DNA of 64,000 nt, from positions 1 to 64,000 of the IMG/VR virus record IMGVR_UViG_3300030060_005313; one strand, 5' to 3'. The notes under the pieces are model-generated. The model made no database searches. It was not told the origin of the DNA and saw only the letters and a program-made list of their open reading frames with translations. Origin of the DNA: a virus. Below, in pieces: positions 9,714 through 20,327 of the stretch (its first letter is position 1; the number at the start of each line of letters is the position of its first letter). A program made the position numbers and the translations under genes.

Positions 9714-10550
9714 TTGAAAAAAATAAGTTATAGTCAATACTCATTGTGGAAACAATGCCCTTATCAATGGAAACTACAATATGTTGATGGTATCAGAGAT
9801 TATACCGATAGTATTCACACTTTATTTGGAACTTCAATGCATGAAGTGATACAAGCATTCGTTACTGTAATGTATAATGATACTATTAAAGTTGCAGAAC
9901 AGTTACCTCTTGAGGATATGTTGAGGACAAGGATGAAACGTAACTTTGAGGAGATTGTAAAGGGTAATGGCGGTGAAATGTTTTGTACCGAAAAGGACAT
10001 GGTAGAATTTTACACACATGGAGTACAGATATTAGACTTTCTGAAAAAGAGAAGGGCTCAGTATTTTAGTAAAAAAGGTTACGAACTATTAGGAATAGAA
10101 GTTCCTTTGAACTTTGAACTTTCTGATAATTTGAAATTTGTTGGTTACATAGACTTAGTAATAAAAGATACCGTAAGAGATGTAATAAAAATTTACGATA
10201 TCAAGACTTCAACTATGGGCTGGAATAAGTATATGAAAGCAGATATTAATAAAACCGATCAGTTGCTACTTTACAAACAATTCTATTCCAAGCAGTTCAA
10301 TCATCCTATCGAAAAGATTGAGGTTGAGTACTTTATAGTAAAGAGAAAACTGTATGAAAATTTAGACTTTCCACAAAAGAGAGTACAAAAGTTCGTACCC
10401 GCAAATGGGAAACCCAGTATGAACAAAATGATTACTAGATTCAAAGAATTTTTAGATGAAACTTACGATGATAAAGGAGAATTTAAGAATGTTAATTACC
10501 AAAAGTGTATTGGGAAGTGTAAAGCTTATAACAAATGTAAAGATTTGTAA
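9714..10550 (+). CDS. PD-(D/E)XK nuclease (RecB/Cas4-like)
   Basis: ISYSQ...CP, FGTSMHE, GYIDL...IYDIKT, QLLLY and C-terminal Cys cluster; TTG start. Confidence 0.85.
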   Translation: MKKISYSQYSLWKQCPYQWKLQYVDGIRDYTDSIHTLFGTSMHEVIQAFVTVMYNDTIKVAEQLPLEDMLRTRMKRNFEEIVKGNGGEMFCTEKDMVEFYTHGVQILDFLKKRRAQYFSKKGYELLGIEVPLNFELSDNLKFVGYIDLVIKDTVRDVIKIYDIKTSTMGWNKYMKADINKTDQLLLYKQFYSKQFNHPIEKIEVEYFIVKRKLYENLDFPQKRVQKFVPANGKPSMNKMITRFKEFLDETYDDKGEFKNVNYQKCIGKCKAYNKCKDL

Positions 10551-10576
10551 TATTTATTGATACAACGGAGATAACA

Positions 10577-10999
10577 ATGAAAGTTAATTTAAGAATGAAC
10601 TTATCTGATTTTATAGATACAACCATAGAAGCCGAAGTTATGTCTAAATTAGAAATAATACATAAGGATGCTATAAAATACTACTTAACTTTATGGTATC
10701 CTGATGGTAAAATAAAACCTACAAGATTAAAAAAGTTCATACTTGATTACGAAAAGAGTCTTCATTTAAAAACTAATATAATAGTTGGTAGTGATTTGAA
10801 GCCAAATCAATTTATTTGGTTCGATTTAACCAATGAAGGTGGTATTGCTAATAATCAATCTAGATTTGAATATGTCTATAAAAATCAAGAAAGTATGTTA
10901 GTTGGATTAGATGAGTTTCATAAGTGTGCTAAATTCTGTACATCAGAAAAACCAAGAAAACAAAAAAGGAATGACTATGAAAGTAGCGATAGTAGGTAG
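10577..10999 (+). CDS. Hypothetical protein
   Basis: 140 aa ORF with GGAG SD, in operon context. Confidence 0.65.
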   Translation: MKVNLRMNLSDFIDTTIEAEVMSKLEIIHKDAIKYYLTLWYPDGKIKPTRLKKFILDYEKSLHLKTNIIVGSDLKPNQFIWFDLTNEGGIANNQSRFEYVYKNQESMLVGLDEFHKCAKFCTSEKPRKQKRNDYESSDSR

Positions 11000-11378
11000 T
11001 AGGTTCTACACAAACAAAAGAAAAATTCAAGAGTTTGTTTTTAAACTTAAAGAAAGATGGGGTGACGAACTCGAAGTAGTAAGTGGTGGACAAAGAGAAG
11101 GGGCTGATGGATATGCAAAAAAATATGCCTTAGAGTTTGAGGTAAAGTATTCTGAGTTTCCACCCGCGCATTATAGTCATAATATACATTGTGTTCTACC
11201 AAGATTTAGATATGGAAAAGCTTTCTATAAAAACAACTATCACAAAAGAAACGAACAGATAGCAGAATATTGTGATAAAATGGTTGCATTTCTCCCAAAA
11301 AACACCATTACGAATGGAACAAAAAGTGCTTTAAATGAAGCCAGAAAATTAGGAAAAAAATTCGTGATAATAAACTAA
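10977..11378 (+). CDS. SLOG family (DprA/YspA/DUF2493-like) nucleotide-binding protein
   Basis: MKVAIVGSR, VVSGG..EGADGYA, RNEQIAEYCD, GTKSAL; start moved to the ATG after AGGA. Confidence 0.8.
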   Translation: MKVAIVGSRFYTNKRKIQEFVFKLKERWGDELEVVSGGQREGADGYAKKYALEFEVKYSEFPPAHYSHNIHCVLPRFRYGKAFYKNNYHKRNEQIAEYCDKMVAFLPKNTITNGTKSALNEARKLGKKFVIIN

Positions 11379-11386
11379 TTCCTATA

Positions 11387-11394
11387 TATTTATA
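11387..11394 (+). promoter_or_regulatory. Candidate late-promoter motif TATTTATA
   Basis: Intergenic TATTTATA ~20 nt before a gene start; recurs at several intergenic sites. Confidence 0.5.
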
Positions 11395-11415
11395 TATGTA
11401 TATATGGAGTAAGAT

Positions 11416-11610
11416 ATGGAGAATGTGAAATTAACCTCTGTAAAGTTATTGAAAGATTTATATAAAAAATTCAAATTATCAACATTAGATGATAACTTTA
11501 CACTGCAAAAGTTAGTAAATAGGTCTATGGATTTATATGTTCATAATCAAGACTTTCAAAGACAAATAAATGAATGGCAAAATTTAAAACCAAGTGGGAG
11601 TAAATTATGA
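11416..11610 (+). CDS. Ribbon-helix-helix-like small DNA-binding protein
   Basis: LTSVKL strand followed by two helices (LYKKFK, LQKLVNRSMDLY). Confidence 0.5.
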   Translation: MENVKLTSVKLLKDLYKKFKLSTLDDNFTLQKLVNRSMDLYVHNQDFQRQINEWQNLKPSGSKL

Positions 11611-11861
11611 GTTTAAACTTTAGAGATGATTTGATTAAAGCTAGTGAGAAACATTTCGAATCACACATTGAAAAGCATAGAATAAATGTTGAAATACTGT
11701 TCGAAAATCAAGTTGGTGTTGCTGAACATCCAGATATAATGGAAACGATAGAAAAAGAATTAGCTCTTATTTCAGAGTACGAAGATAAGTTAGAAGTTCT
11801 AAGAAAGTATTTTAAAAGTGGTTGGGCAGCTGGAAAAAAGAAAGAGGTTTTAAATGGCTAA
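11607..11861 (+). CDS. Conserved phage hypothetical protein
   Basis: KHRINVEI...VGVAEHPDIMETIEKEL pattern recalled from T4-like phages; overlapping start/stop. Confidence 0.6.
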   Translation: MSLNFRDDLIKASEKHFESHIEKHRINVEILFENQVGVAEHPDIMETIEKELALISEYEDKLEVLRKYFKSGWAAGKKKEVLNG

Positions 11862-13245
11862 AAAGAAAATATTACTCTTATCAGATGATTTGAGAATGCA
11901 TAGTGGTATTGCAACTATGTCTCGTACATTTGTTTTGGGTACGTTACAACATTACGATTGGGTTCAGATTGGTGGAGCTATCAAACATCCTGAAGAGGGT
12001 AAGATTGTTGATATGAATGAATCCGTAAGAAAAGATACTGGTATAAAAGATGCAAGTTTAAGAGTCTATCCTATATCAGGTTATGGTAATCAGGAACTAT
12101 TACGAAATGTTATTGATAGAGAAAATCCAGATGCTATTTTACATTATACAGACCCAAGATTTTGGGAGTGGTTATATCAAATGGAGCATGAGATAAGACA
12201 ACACATTCCTATATTTTATTACAATATTTGGGATGACTTACCTTATCCAATGTGGAACGAGCCATTTTACGAAAGTTGTGATTTGATTATGAACATTTCT
12301 AAACAGACAGTCAATATTGTCAATAATGTTTGTAAGGATAAACCACGTACCAAAACAGATAATACTTACATACCTCATGGAATAAATTCAGAAAACTTTT
12401 ATCCCGTAGACAAAAATCATAAGGAGTGGGGTAACTTTTTAAGTTTCAAACGTAACGCTACTCATAATAAAGATTATGATTTTATAGTGTTTTGGAATAA
12501 TAGAAACATTCGTAGAAAGTTACCAGGTGATGTTATTATGGCTTACAAAACATTTTGTGATATGTTACCAAAAGAACAGGCGGAGAAATGTTTACTAATA
12601 ATGCACACCGCACCAAGAGATGAAAATGGTACAGATTTACCCGCAGTGGTTGAATCCGTTTGTGCCGATTATGATGTGATATTTTCAACAGCAAAACTGA
12701 ATGATAGAGACCTGTGTTTTCTATACAATGTTGCTGATGTCACAATTAATATGGCATCTAATGAAGGATTTGGATTGGGGACTTGTGAATCTTTGATGTG
12801 TGGTACACCAATATCAGTTAATGTTACTGGTGGGTTACAAGACCAATGTGGGTTTAAATATAAAGATAAGTTACTAACCTATGAAGATTACAGCTGGATA
12901 CATTCATTACATGATGAGAAAAAGTGGAAAGATAATTCCGACTTGACTTGGGGTGATTGGGTAAAACCAGTTTGGCCTTCCAACAGAAGTTTGCAAGGTT
13001 CGATTCCAACACCATACATCTTTGATGATAGACCACGATTTGAAGACTTTGCCGATGTTATTAAACAATGGTACGATATGGATTCAGATAAGAGAAAGGA
13101 ATGTGGTATTAAGGGTTACGAATTTGTTATGAGTGATGATGCTATGATGAGTGCAAAGGCTATGTCTAATTTATTCATTGAACATATGGATAAAGGCATG
13201 GAAGAGTGGAAACCAAGAAAACGTTTTACAATGATAGAGGCTTAA
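11854..13245 (+). CDS. GT-B (GT4-like) glycosyltransferase
   Basis: KKILLLSDD..SGIA, IPHGIN, NRNIRRK, NEGFGLGTCESLMCGTP. Confidence 0.88.
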   Translation: MAKKKILLLSDDLRMHSGIATMSRTFVLGTLQHYDWVQIGGAIKHPEEGKIVDMNESVRKDTGIKDASLRVYPISGYGNQELLRNVIDRENPDAILHYTDPRFWEWLYQMEHEIRQHIPIFYYNIWDDLPYPMWNEPFYESCDLIMNISKQTVNIVNNVCKDKPRTKTDNTYIPHGINSENFYPVDKNHKEWGNFLSFKRNATHNKDYDFIVFWNNRNIRRKLPGDVIMAYKTFCDMLPKEQAEKCLLIMHTAPRDENGTDLPAVVESVCADYDVIFSTAKLNDRDLCFLYNVADVTINMASNEGFGLGTCESLMCGTPISVNVTGGLQDQCGFKYKDKLLTYEDYSWIHSLHDEKKWKDNSDLTWGDWVKPVWPSNRSLQGSIPTPYIFDDRPRFEDFADVIKQWYDMDSDKRKECGIKGYEFVMSDDAMMSAKAMSNLFIEHMDKGMEEWKPRKRFTMIEA

Positions 13246-13246
13246 G

Positions 13247-14590
13247 ATGAAACCATTAGTACTATTTACAGGCCCGGTTGTCACAAGAAGTGGTTATGGG
13301 GCACACGCAAGAGACTTAGTTAAGTCTTTAATAAAGATGGATAAATTTGAAATACATATAAATTCTTTGAGATGGGGAAATACACCTTGGAATGCCCTTA
13401 ATTTACAGAATGAGGAAGATAAACTTATTTTGGATAGAATATTAAAAGAGCCAAATCTACCAAGAGAACCAGATATTCATATACAAGTTAGTATACCATC
13501 AGAGTTTACACCACTAGCAAAGTATAATATTGGTGTTACTGCTGGTATGGAAAATACTGCACCAGTACCCTCTTGGGTAGATGGGATGAATAAGATGGAT
13601 ATGGTAATTTGTACTTCTAACTTTACCAGAGATACATTCAAAAAAGTTGTATATGAACAAATAGATAAAAATACAAATCAGAAAACAGGTGAATTGAGAG
13701 TAGTTAAACCTATGGAAGTTTTGTTTGAGGGTGTTGATACTAACATATATAAACAAACAAAGGAGTTCTCAAAAGATTTAGTAGATGAAATGAATATGAT
13801 TAAAGAGAAGTTTTGTTTTCTATATGTTGGACATTGGCTGCAGGGTGATTTAGGACAAGATAGAAAAGATACAGGTATGTTAGTCAAAACATTCTTAGAA
13901 AAATTCAAAAATGTAAAGCGACCACCGGCTCTAATTATGAAAACAAGCTCAGCAACATTTTCTGTAATTGACAGAAGAGATATTTTGAAAAGAATAGACA
14001 TGATTAAGAAAACTGTAAAAGGTGATTTACCACCGGTTTATTTATTACATGGGGATTTAGAAGATGATGAGATGAATCAACTGTACAATCATCCGAAAGT
14101 TAAAGCTATGGTTACATTTACAAAGGGTGAAGGATTTGGTCGTCCATTACTAGAAGCTTCTATTGCAGCAAAACCTATAATCGCTTCCAATTGGAGTGGT
14201 CATTTAGATTTCCTAAATAAAAAACATAGTGTATTATTACCAGGTAATCTAACAAAAGTTCATAAATCAGCTTTACCGAAAGATTATTTAGTTGAAAATG
14301 CACAATGGTTTACAGTAAATTATCAATATGCTGCACAGATTATGATGGATATGTTTAAAAACTATAGAAAGTATACATTTAATGCTAAGAAACAATCGAT
14401 GGTAAATAAAGGTAAATTTAGTTTAGATAGTATGTCTAAAGTATTAAAAAATATATTAGATAAGCACTTACCTGAATATGTACCACAGCCACAAGCTGTT
14501 GATTTAAAATTACCTGATTTAAAGTTGGTTTCGGATAGTAAACCACTTACACCTGTAGAGACAAAACTTCCAAAACTAAAGAGGTCATAA
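13247..14590 (+). CDS. GT-B (GT4-like) glycosyltransferase
   Basis: GPVVTRSGYG, EGVD, DRKD, GEGFGRPLLEA...PIIASNWSGHLDF. Confidence 0.88.
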   Translation: MKPLVLFTGPVVTRSGYGAHARDLVKSLIKMDKFEIHINSLRWGNTPWNALNLQNEEDKLILDRILKEPNLPREPDIHIQVSIPSEFTPLAKYNIGVTAGMENTAPVPSWVDGMNKMDMVICTSNFTRDTFKKVVYEQIDKNTNQKTGELRVVKPMEVLFEGVDTNIYKQTKEFSKDLVDEMNMIKEKFCFLYVGHWLQGDLGQDRKDTGMLVKTFLEKFKNVKRPPALIMKTSSATFSVIDRRDILKRIDMIKKTVKGDLPPVYLLHGDLEDDEMNQLYNHPKVKAMVTFTKGEGFGRPLLEASIAAKPIIASNWSGHLDFLNKKHSVLLPGNLTKVHKSALPKDYLVENAQWFTVNYQYAAQIMMDMFKNYRKYTFNAKKQSMVNKGKFSLDSMSKVLKNILDKHLPEYVPQPQAVDLKLPDLKLVSDSKPLTPVETKLPKLKRS

Positions 14591-15054
14591 TGGAACAAAA
14601 AACTAATTGTCCACTTTGTGAGGACTTACATAACAATTGTTTTGTAGAACAAACAGAGGTAAAGGGAGAACCATTCGAATCATATCTTTGTTTTGGTTGT
14701 GGTATGACTACAAATTCTTATATGGCTATAGATAGTGAAAAACTTGAAACTATGGTAAGTGGTAATACTCAATTAATGAATGACTTGAAAATTATAGATG
14801 ATGAAAGAGGATTAGTTTGGTTTCCGTCAGTAATCAATATGGGAGAAAAGGGTATAATTTATCCAGACGGAAAGCAGAGTGATTGGTATTGGCATTATGC
14901 TAAGGTTATCGACATACCTGAAGAAGAGAGAGAACAGTATGAAGGACACAGTAAAAGATTAGATATAGAAAATCCTCAGATATTTGGACAGTTTGAATTT
15001 ATGAAAGCATGTACTGCTATGGGTATAGTTAAAGATATGGGTCCTGAAGAATGA
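14590..15054 (+). CDS. Cys-containing (zinc-binding) hypothetical protein
   Basis: CPLC...C...CFGC. Confidence 0.6.
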   Translation: MEQKTNCPLCEDLHNNCFVEQTEVKGEPFESYLCFGCGMTTNSYMAIDSEKLETMVSGNTQLMNDLKIIDDERGLVWFPSVINMGEKGIIYPDGKQSDWYWHYAKVIDIPEEEREQYEGHSKRLDIENPQIFGQFEFMKACTAMGIVKDMGPEE

Positions 15055-15512
15055 GAGATTTAACAACTTGGAATAAAGTTAGACCGGGTGATATCATATC
15101 ATTTAGATATCCGACTAGAGGTCAGTTAAAACTAAATACTCTTTTAATTTTTTCTATCAATGTTCCTGTAAATACAAAAGCTGGTTCAAAAAGACATCTG
15201 AGAGGTATGAAATTAGAGGAAAGGAACAGACCTTTTATAGATCTAAGATGGGTTAATCAGGTATCCAAAGTAGGACAACTTCAATTGGTTAAAAAAACAA
15301 CAAATACAGAAGCAATACTTAAATTAGCAGTCTCAAACTATCAGATTGGTGAGAGAACAGATGATACTGAATTTAATGCTTTGAGAAACTTTTTATCCGA
15401 AACAAATTCTTATCGTACTTATGACTATGATATCGCTAAAAAGTATCAAGTCTATTTTGAGCCGGTAATAGTTCCACCCTCTTTAATAAAGGAATTAGCT
15501 GGTGAAGATTAG
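15051..15512 (+). CDS. Hypothetical protein
   Basis: 153 aa ORF with ATGA overlap. Confidence 0.6.
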   Translation: MRDLTTWNKVRPGDIISFRYPTRGQLKLNTLLIFSINVPVNTKAGSKRHLRGMKLEERNRPFIDLRWVNQVSKVGQLQLVKKTTNTEAILKLAVSNYQIGERTDDTEFNALRNFLSETNSYRTYDYDIAKKYQVYFEPVIVPPSLIKELAGED

Positions 15513-17094
15513 TTATGGTATTACAGTCCACAATGAGGCTGATGAGTTAAATAAGTTATTAGATGTTTTACTTGATAAGATTGATGATGAAGATGAGGTT
15601 GTAGTATGTGTTGATGGTGAAGATGATGCCGTAAGATTTGAACTAGATATTTATTCTAAAGTTTTCAATGATTCTAATAAGTTTATGAAAATTTATCAAA
15701 GAAAACTAGATGGGGATTTTGCAGCTCATAAGAATTCAGTTATAGAAAATTCGACAGGCGATTATATTTTTCATATTGATGCTGATGAATATCCAAATGA
15801 AATATTACTACAACAATTAAAAAAAATATTGGAAATGAATGATGTTGATTTAATTTGGATACCTCGCGTGAATACTGTTGAAGGTATGACACAACAAGAT
15901 ATACAAAAGTGGGGATGGAGAATATCGGAAAACAATTGGGTAAACTATCCTGATTATCAAAGTAGGGTGTTTCGTAATCATAAAGATATTAGATGGACTA
16001 GACCATTACATGAACATATAGTTGGAGCAAAAACATATGCTCATTTACCACCTCATGAACAGTTAAGTTTATACCATCCAAAAACCATACAGAAACAAAC
16101 TGAACAAAATATTTTTTACAATAAGAACTTCAGTGCGGACATGAATGTTAGGGGTGGTGTAAAAAAAAACTTTGAACCGATTTCATTAGAATATTTTCTA
16201 AGTATGGAGGTCGCAAGTGGTGGCCCTTCCAAAGTAATACTAAACCGATACGACAAGCTCAAAACTGTAAAAGATGTTGTTGAGTTTTATTCAATTAAGG
16301 ATAATATAAAATTAGTAGAAAAAGAGTTGAAACCAAATAACTGGCAATATTTCAATTGTATGTTAGCGGAGTTCAGACATAACGTTGCTGACCACCATCA
16401 GTTAGGTTGGGAAAATATGACTAAAGAATATTATGAATCGCTTGACTTAATGACAGATGAAGAGATAGAGTTATTCAACAAAACTAATCCGGTAGAGTTT
16501 GACAATGGTTTAATGAAGCATGGTTATCATAGAGGTTATGCTATGATTGGTAGGTTAGTTGCAGGTAAACCTTACATACCATTGTATATGGAAAAAGAGA
16601 AGATATATAATATACCTTGGAAAAACGATAATAAAATTAGAATCAATAATCCTATGTATAATATCAGATGTCTGAACGAACTTAATGATTTAGATAAGAA
16701 CGAATATTGCTTAACTCAATCTAGTATATTAGCACTGATGGGATTAAGACAGAATAATGATGTTGATATAATTATCAGTTCTAAGTTGAGAAGTCAGTTG
16801 GGAATTGGTAATCAATATATGAAGAAGGGTAACATAGAAATATTCTCACCTAACTACGATAAGTTTATGATTAATGGTGTTAACAATGATGATGACTTAA
16901 TTGAAAATTTTACATTCAAATTTGAGGGATATAAATTTTTAGAGCCAAGATTTTATTTCAGTAGGAAACATAGAAACGATGAAAAGAATAGAAATGATTG
17001 GGAAGGTATAAAAAGGTTTTACAAGATGGAGACTTACAGAGGCTATCCATTTTCTAACTGTAACATAGATAAATGGGGGTTTGAATATTTATGA
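15502..17094 (+). CDS. GT2 glycosyltransferase fused to uncharacterised C-terminal domains
   Basis: KISYGITVHNE, DFAAHKN, FHIDADE, PDYQSR, LHEHI in the first ~215 aa, then ~310 aa of unrelated sequence. Confidence 0.8.
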   Translation: MKISYGITVHNEADELNKLLDVLLDKIDDEDEVVVCVDGEDDAVRFELDIYSKVFNDSNKFMKIYQRKLDGDFAAHKNSVIENSTGDYIFHIDADEYPNEILLQQLKKILEMNDVDLIWIPRVNTVEGMTQQDIQKWGWRISENNWVNYPDYQSRVFRNHKDIRWTRPLHEHIVGAKTYAHLPPHEQLSLYHPKTIQKQTEQNIFYNKNFSADMNVRGGVKKNFEPISLEYFLSMEVASGGPSKVILNRYDKLKTVKDVVEFYSIKDNIKLVEKELKPNNWQYFNCMLAEFRHNVADHHQLGWENMTKEYYESLDLMTDEEIELFNKTNPVEFDNGLMKHGYHRGYAMIGRLVAGKPYIPLYMEKEKIYNIPWKNDNKIRINNPMYNIRCLNELNDLDKNEYCLTQSSILALMGLRQNNDVDIIISSKLRSQLGIGNQYMKKGNIEIFSPNYDKFMINGVNNDDDLIENFTFKFEGYKFLEPRFYFSRKHRNDEKNRNDWEGIKRFYKMETYRGYPFSNCNIDKWGFEYL

Positions 17095-18659
17095 TAATAT
17101 CACATAAACATAAGTTTATCTTTATGAAAACCAGAAAGACAGCTGGTACAAGTATTCAGACTGCATTAACAGATATTTGTGGGCCTGATGACATTATATC
17201 CTCTGATATAGATACTGTTGGTAGAAATGAAGATAAATCTTGTTGGGATGGTCATCCACATCCACACCTTTGGGATGTTAAGAATTTAGTTGGTGAAGAG
17301 ATTTTTAATAGTTACTTCAAATTTGCATTTATAAGAAACCCCTTTGATGTAACAGTTTCAAGATTCTTTTGGAATGTTAAAGGTAAAGGACAGAAAGGTT
17401 ATGAACTAACAAAAGATGGATTCACCAAATGGATTGATGAATATACATCTCAATTTATTTTCCATAAAGCTGAGTACTTTCCTATTAACTTAGCATATCC
17501 CTTTTTGTATAGTCACAATTTTGTCAATCCAAACACATTCGAAAGATTAGGTCCTGACATCAGGCAACTAGCATTTGATGTTGATTTTGTTGGTAGGTTT
17601 GAAAACTTAGTTGATGATTTTGATTATGTATGTAATAAGTTAGGTTTAGGAAAGATAAGTTTACCACAAAAGAAAACAGGTATGAGAGACAAAAGAGATT
17701 TCAGAGAAATGTATACTGATGAGTCTATGAAAAAAGTTGAGAATGTATTCGCAGAAGACTTACTAACTTTAGGATATTCATTTCAACAAGACCTAACTCT
17801 AAGTAAAAGAAGTGTTTTGATTGACAGAAATATATTCAAAGATTCAGACATAAATATTAATGGTGCAAGTATAATCAAAGTTCCAGATTGGTTAGAAAAT
17901 TCATTAGGTAAATACTATCTCTACTTCGCAAGTCATACAGGAAAGTACATTAGACTAGCATATTCGGATAACCTGATGGGTCCTTATTCTATCTATAGAG
18001 ATGGTAGCCTAAATATTAGTCAGACAAATTGTAAAAGTCACATCGCTAGTCCTGATGTACATATAGATGGCGAAAAAATATTAATGTATTATCACGGAGA
18101 TTTGGAGGATGGACAAAAGTCATTTCTATCTACATCTACAGATGGTATAAATTTTGAAACCGATAATAAGGTTTTAGGAGAGTTTTACTTTAGAGTATTT
18201 AAGTATAAAGATAAAGTATATTCTATTGCAAAAAATAAAAATGAGGATTCGGTAATATATCAATCGGATTCTTACAATGGGGAGTTCAAAAGAATATTTA
18301 ATATACTACCTAACTCAAGACATACTGCAGTTTATATAAAAGATGATTACCTCTACATATTTTATACAGTTGTAAAAGACGCACCTGAATCAATATACTA
18401 TTGTAAACTAAAGCTCTCGGAAAGTATAGAAGATTGGGAAGTAATTTCTAATAATCGTTTAACAATACCTCAATACAGATATGAAGGTGGTGGTTCTCAG
18501 ATAATGCCAAGTAATTTTGGTTCAGCCACATTAAGATATGGTAACATACCACTAAATGAACTAAGAGACCCATGCATTTTTGAGGATGATGATTTATATT
18601 TGTTGTATACCTTTAGTGGAGAAGCAGGTATAGCTATAGGAAAATTAAATTATGAATAA
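17091..18659 (+). CDS. Sulfotransferase (family 2) fused to a GH43-like beta-propeller domain
   Basis: N-terminal FIFMKTRKTAGTS and FIRNPFD..VSRF PAPS-binding motifs; C-terminal GKYYLYFA, HIASPDV, ELRDPCIF blades. Confidence 0.8.
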   Translation: MIISHKHKFIFMKTRKTAGTSIQTALTDICGPDDIISSDIDTVGRNEDKSCWDGHPHPHLWDVKNLVGEEIFNSYFKFAFIRNPFDVTVSRFFWNVKGKGQKGYELTKDGFTKWIDEYTSQFIFHKAEYFPINLAYPFLYSHNFVNPNTFERLGPDIRQLAFDVDFVGRFENLVDDFDYVCNKLGLGKISLPQKKTGMRDKRDFREMYTDESMKKVENVFAEDLLTLGYSFQQDLTLSKRSVLIDRNIFKDSDININGASIIKVPDWLENSLGKYYLYFASHTGKYIRLAYSDNLMGPYSIYRDGSLNISQTNCKSHIASPDVHIDGEKILMYYHGDLEDGQKSFLSTSTDGINFETDNKVLGEFYFRVFKYKDKVYSIAKNKNEDSVIYQSDSYNGEFKRIFNILPNSRHTAVYIKDDYLYIFYTVVKDAPESIYYCKLKLSESIEDWEVISNNRLTIPQYRYEGGGSQIMPSNFGSATLRYGNIPLNELRDPCIFEDDDLYLLYTFSGEAGIAIGKLNYE

Positions 18660-19419
18660 TGTAGTATTTCAAGTAAATATTAAAGGACATAGAGTTAAAG
18701 AAGAGTTTGAGTACTCTACTAAATCTTGGGCAAATTGGTGTAAGAAGAATGATTACTCTCACTTTGTCTTAGAAGAACCAATACAAAACTTAGAATATAT
18801 GAATGCAAACTGGCATAAGTTCTATGTTTTAAGTATGTTAGAAAATGAAGGTATAGACTACGAAAGTGTTTGTATTGTTGATGCAGATACAATAGTTCAT
18901 CCAGATTGTCCTGATTTTTTCGAAATGGTTGGTGATAAATTTGGAGTCGTACAAAGTGATGGTTGTTATGAATGGGTAAATCGTAGTATAGAGAAATATA
19001 GAGAACATTTATTTCCATCAATAGAGCTTAAAACTTGGGAGTATTTTAATAGTGGTTTTATGGTACTGAATAAAAAACACTCAAAGTTTTGTCAAGATGT
19101 CTACAGATTTTATCATAAGAAAAGAGATGAGTTAGTTTACGCACAAAAGACTTTTATGGTAGGCACAGACCAAACACCTATAAATTATTTAACAAGACAG
19201 TTTAATTTGGAGTTAAAATGGTTACCTAATGCCTATAATTTACACGACCCATACAGAAAAAGTTTACTACACATAGACTCTTCGAATTGGTGGCCAGACA
19301 CATTAGACAATTTATTTAACTCTGGTTGGGTTTACCACTTTAATGCGATACCACAGAATCCTATGGGTAGAGATGCTGGTTATTGGATGAAGAGAACATA
19401 TGGGGAGTTATACAAATGA
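18652..19419 (+). CDS. GT8-like glycosyltransferase
   Basis: IVDADTIV (DxD), YFNSGFMV, DQTPINY, YHFN. Confidence 0.8.
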   Translation: MNNVVFQVNIKGHRVKEEFEYSTKSWANWCKKNDYSHFVLEEPIQNLEYMNANWHKFYVLSMLENEGIDYESVCIVDADTIVHPDCPDFFEMVGDKFGVVQSDGCYEWVNRSIEKYREHLFPSIELKTWEYFNSGFMVLNKKHSKFCQDVYRFYHKKRDELVYAQKTFMVGTDQTPINYLTRQFNLELKWLPNAYNLHDPYRKSLLHIDSSNWWPDTLDNLFNSGWVYHFNAIPQNPMGRDAGYWMKRTYGELYK

Positions 19420-20327
19420 AAGTAGTATTTTTTTCAGAGAGTCAAATTAATGGTAAGGTGCCACGAGATTTTCCTAATGCAAGAACAGAGTATGCTTGGA
19501 TGATGGCTTTAGATGCTCCACATTACAACATAAACAACATACCAAATAAAAAGTTTGATTTGGGTATTGTTATAATACCAAAGAATAATCCAAACATAGA
19601 TTTAGATTCATTCAGAGAGTGTTGTGATAAGGTCGCAGTAATGCAGGAAGGGCCACATTGGTTCTTCCAAGACTATTCTGTATCGCAACAATTTCATTAT
19701 TTTAATTTACTAATGAGTGCAGATTGGGTTTATTGTCACAACGAAAGCGATGTTCAGTATTTTTTAGGACTTGGTTGTAAAGACATTAGAGTAATGAGAA
19801 GTCTTATGATACCTGAAGGATTAGCACCAAGAAGTGAGTGGGGAAATGACACAATAATTGGTGGTAACTTTGTTAGTTGGTATGGTGGTTTTGATTCATA
19901 TATAGTGGCTAGAGGAATAGGTAATTCTATTTGGGCACCATCTATGGGTAGGAAACAAGAACAAGAAGACATGATAGAAGATATTAGCTATATGTCATAT
20001 ATGAATTGGAGAAATTGGATTACAGCACTTGGTCAGTTTAATATTGGAATTCATTTGATGAGAACACACGCCGCAGGAACATTCGCAATGAATTGTGCAT
20101 TTCATGAGATACCTTGTATTGGTTACAAAGGATTGGACACACAAGAAATACTACATCCATTAACTACAGTAGATGTTGGAGACTTAAAAACTGCAAATGG
20201 AATTGCTAAAAAACTTAGAGATGATGAAAAATTCTATAAATTATGTAGTCACACAATTAGAAAAAGATTTAAAGGGTATTATACAGAAGACGCTTGGAAA
20301 GAAAATTGGAGAGTTACAAATAAATGA
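19416..20327 (+). CDS. Putative glycosyltransferase (GT-B-like)
   Basis: GIHLM...AGTFAMNCAFHEIPCIG C-terminal motif; inside glycan cluster; ATGA overlap start. Confidence 0.55.
   Translation: MKVVFFSESQINGKVPRDFPNARTEYAWMMALDAPHYNINNIPNKKFDLGIVIIPKNNPNIDLDSFRECCDKVAVMQEGPHWFFQDYSVSQQFHYFNLLMSADWVYCHNESDVQYFLGLGCKDIRVMRSLMIPEGLAPRSEWGNDTIIGGNFVSWYGGFDSYIVARGIGNSIWAPSMGRKQEQEDMIEDISYMSYMNWRNWITALGQFNIGIHLMRTHAAGTFAMNCAFHEIPCIGYKGLDTQEILHPLTTVDVGDLKTANGIAKKLRDDEKFYKLCSHTIRKRFKGYYTEDAWKENWRVTNK

Noticed and set aside
9714-10550. Cas4-like nuclease as evidence of CRISPR-Cas
   Set aside because: Standalone PD-(D/E)XK nucleases are common in phage replication regions; no array or other cas genes.
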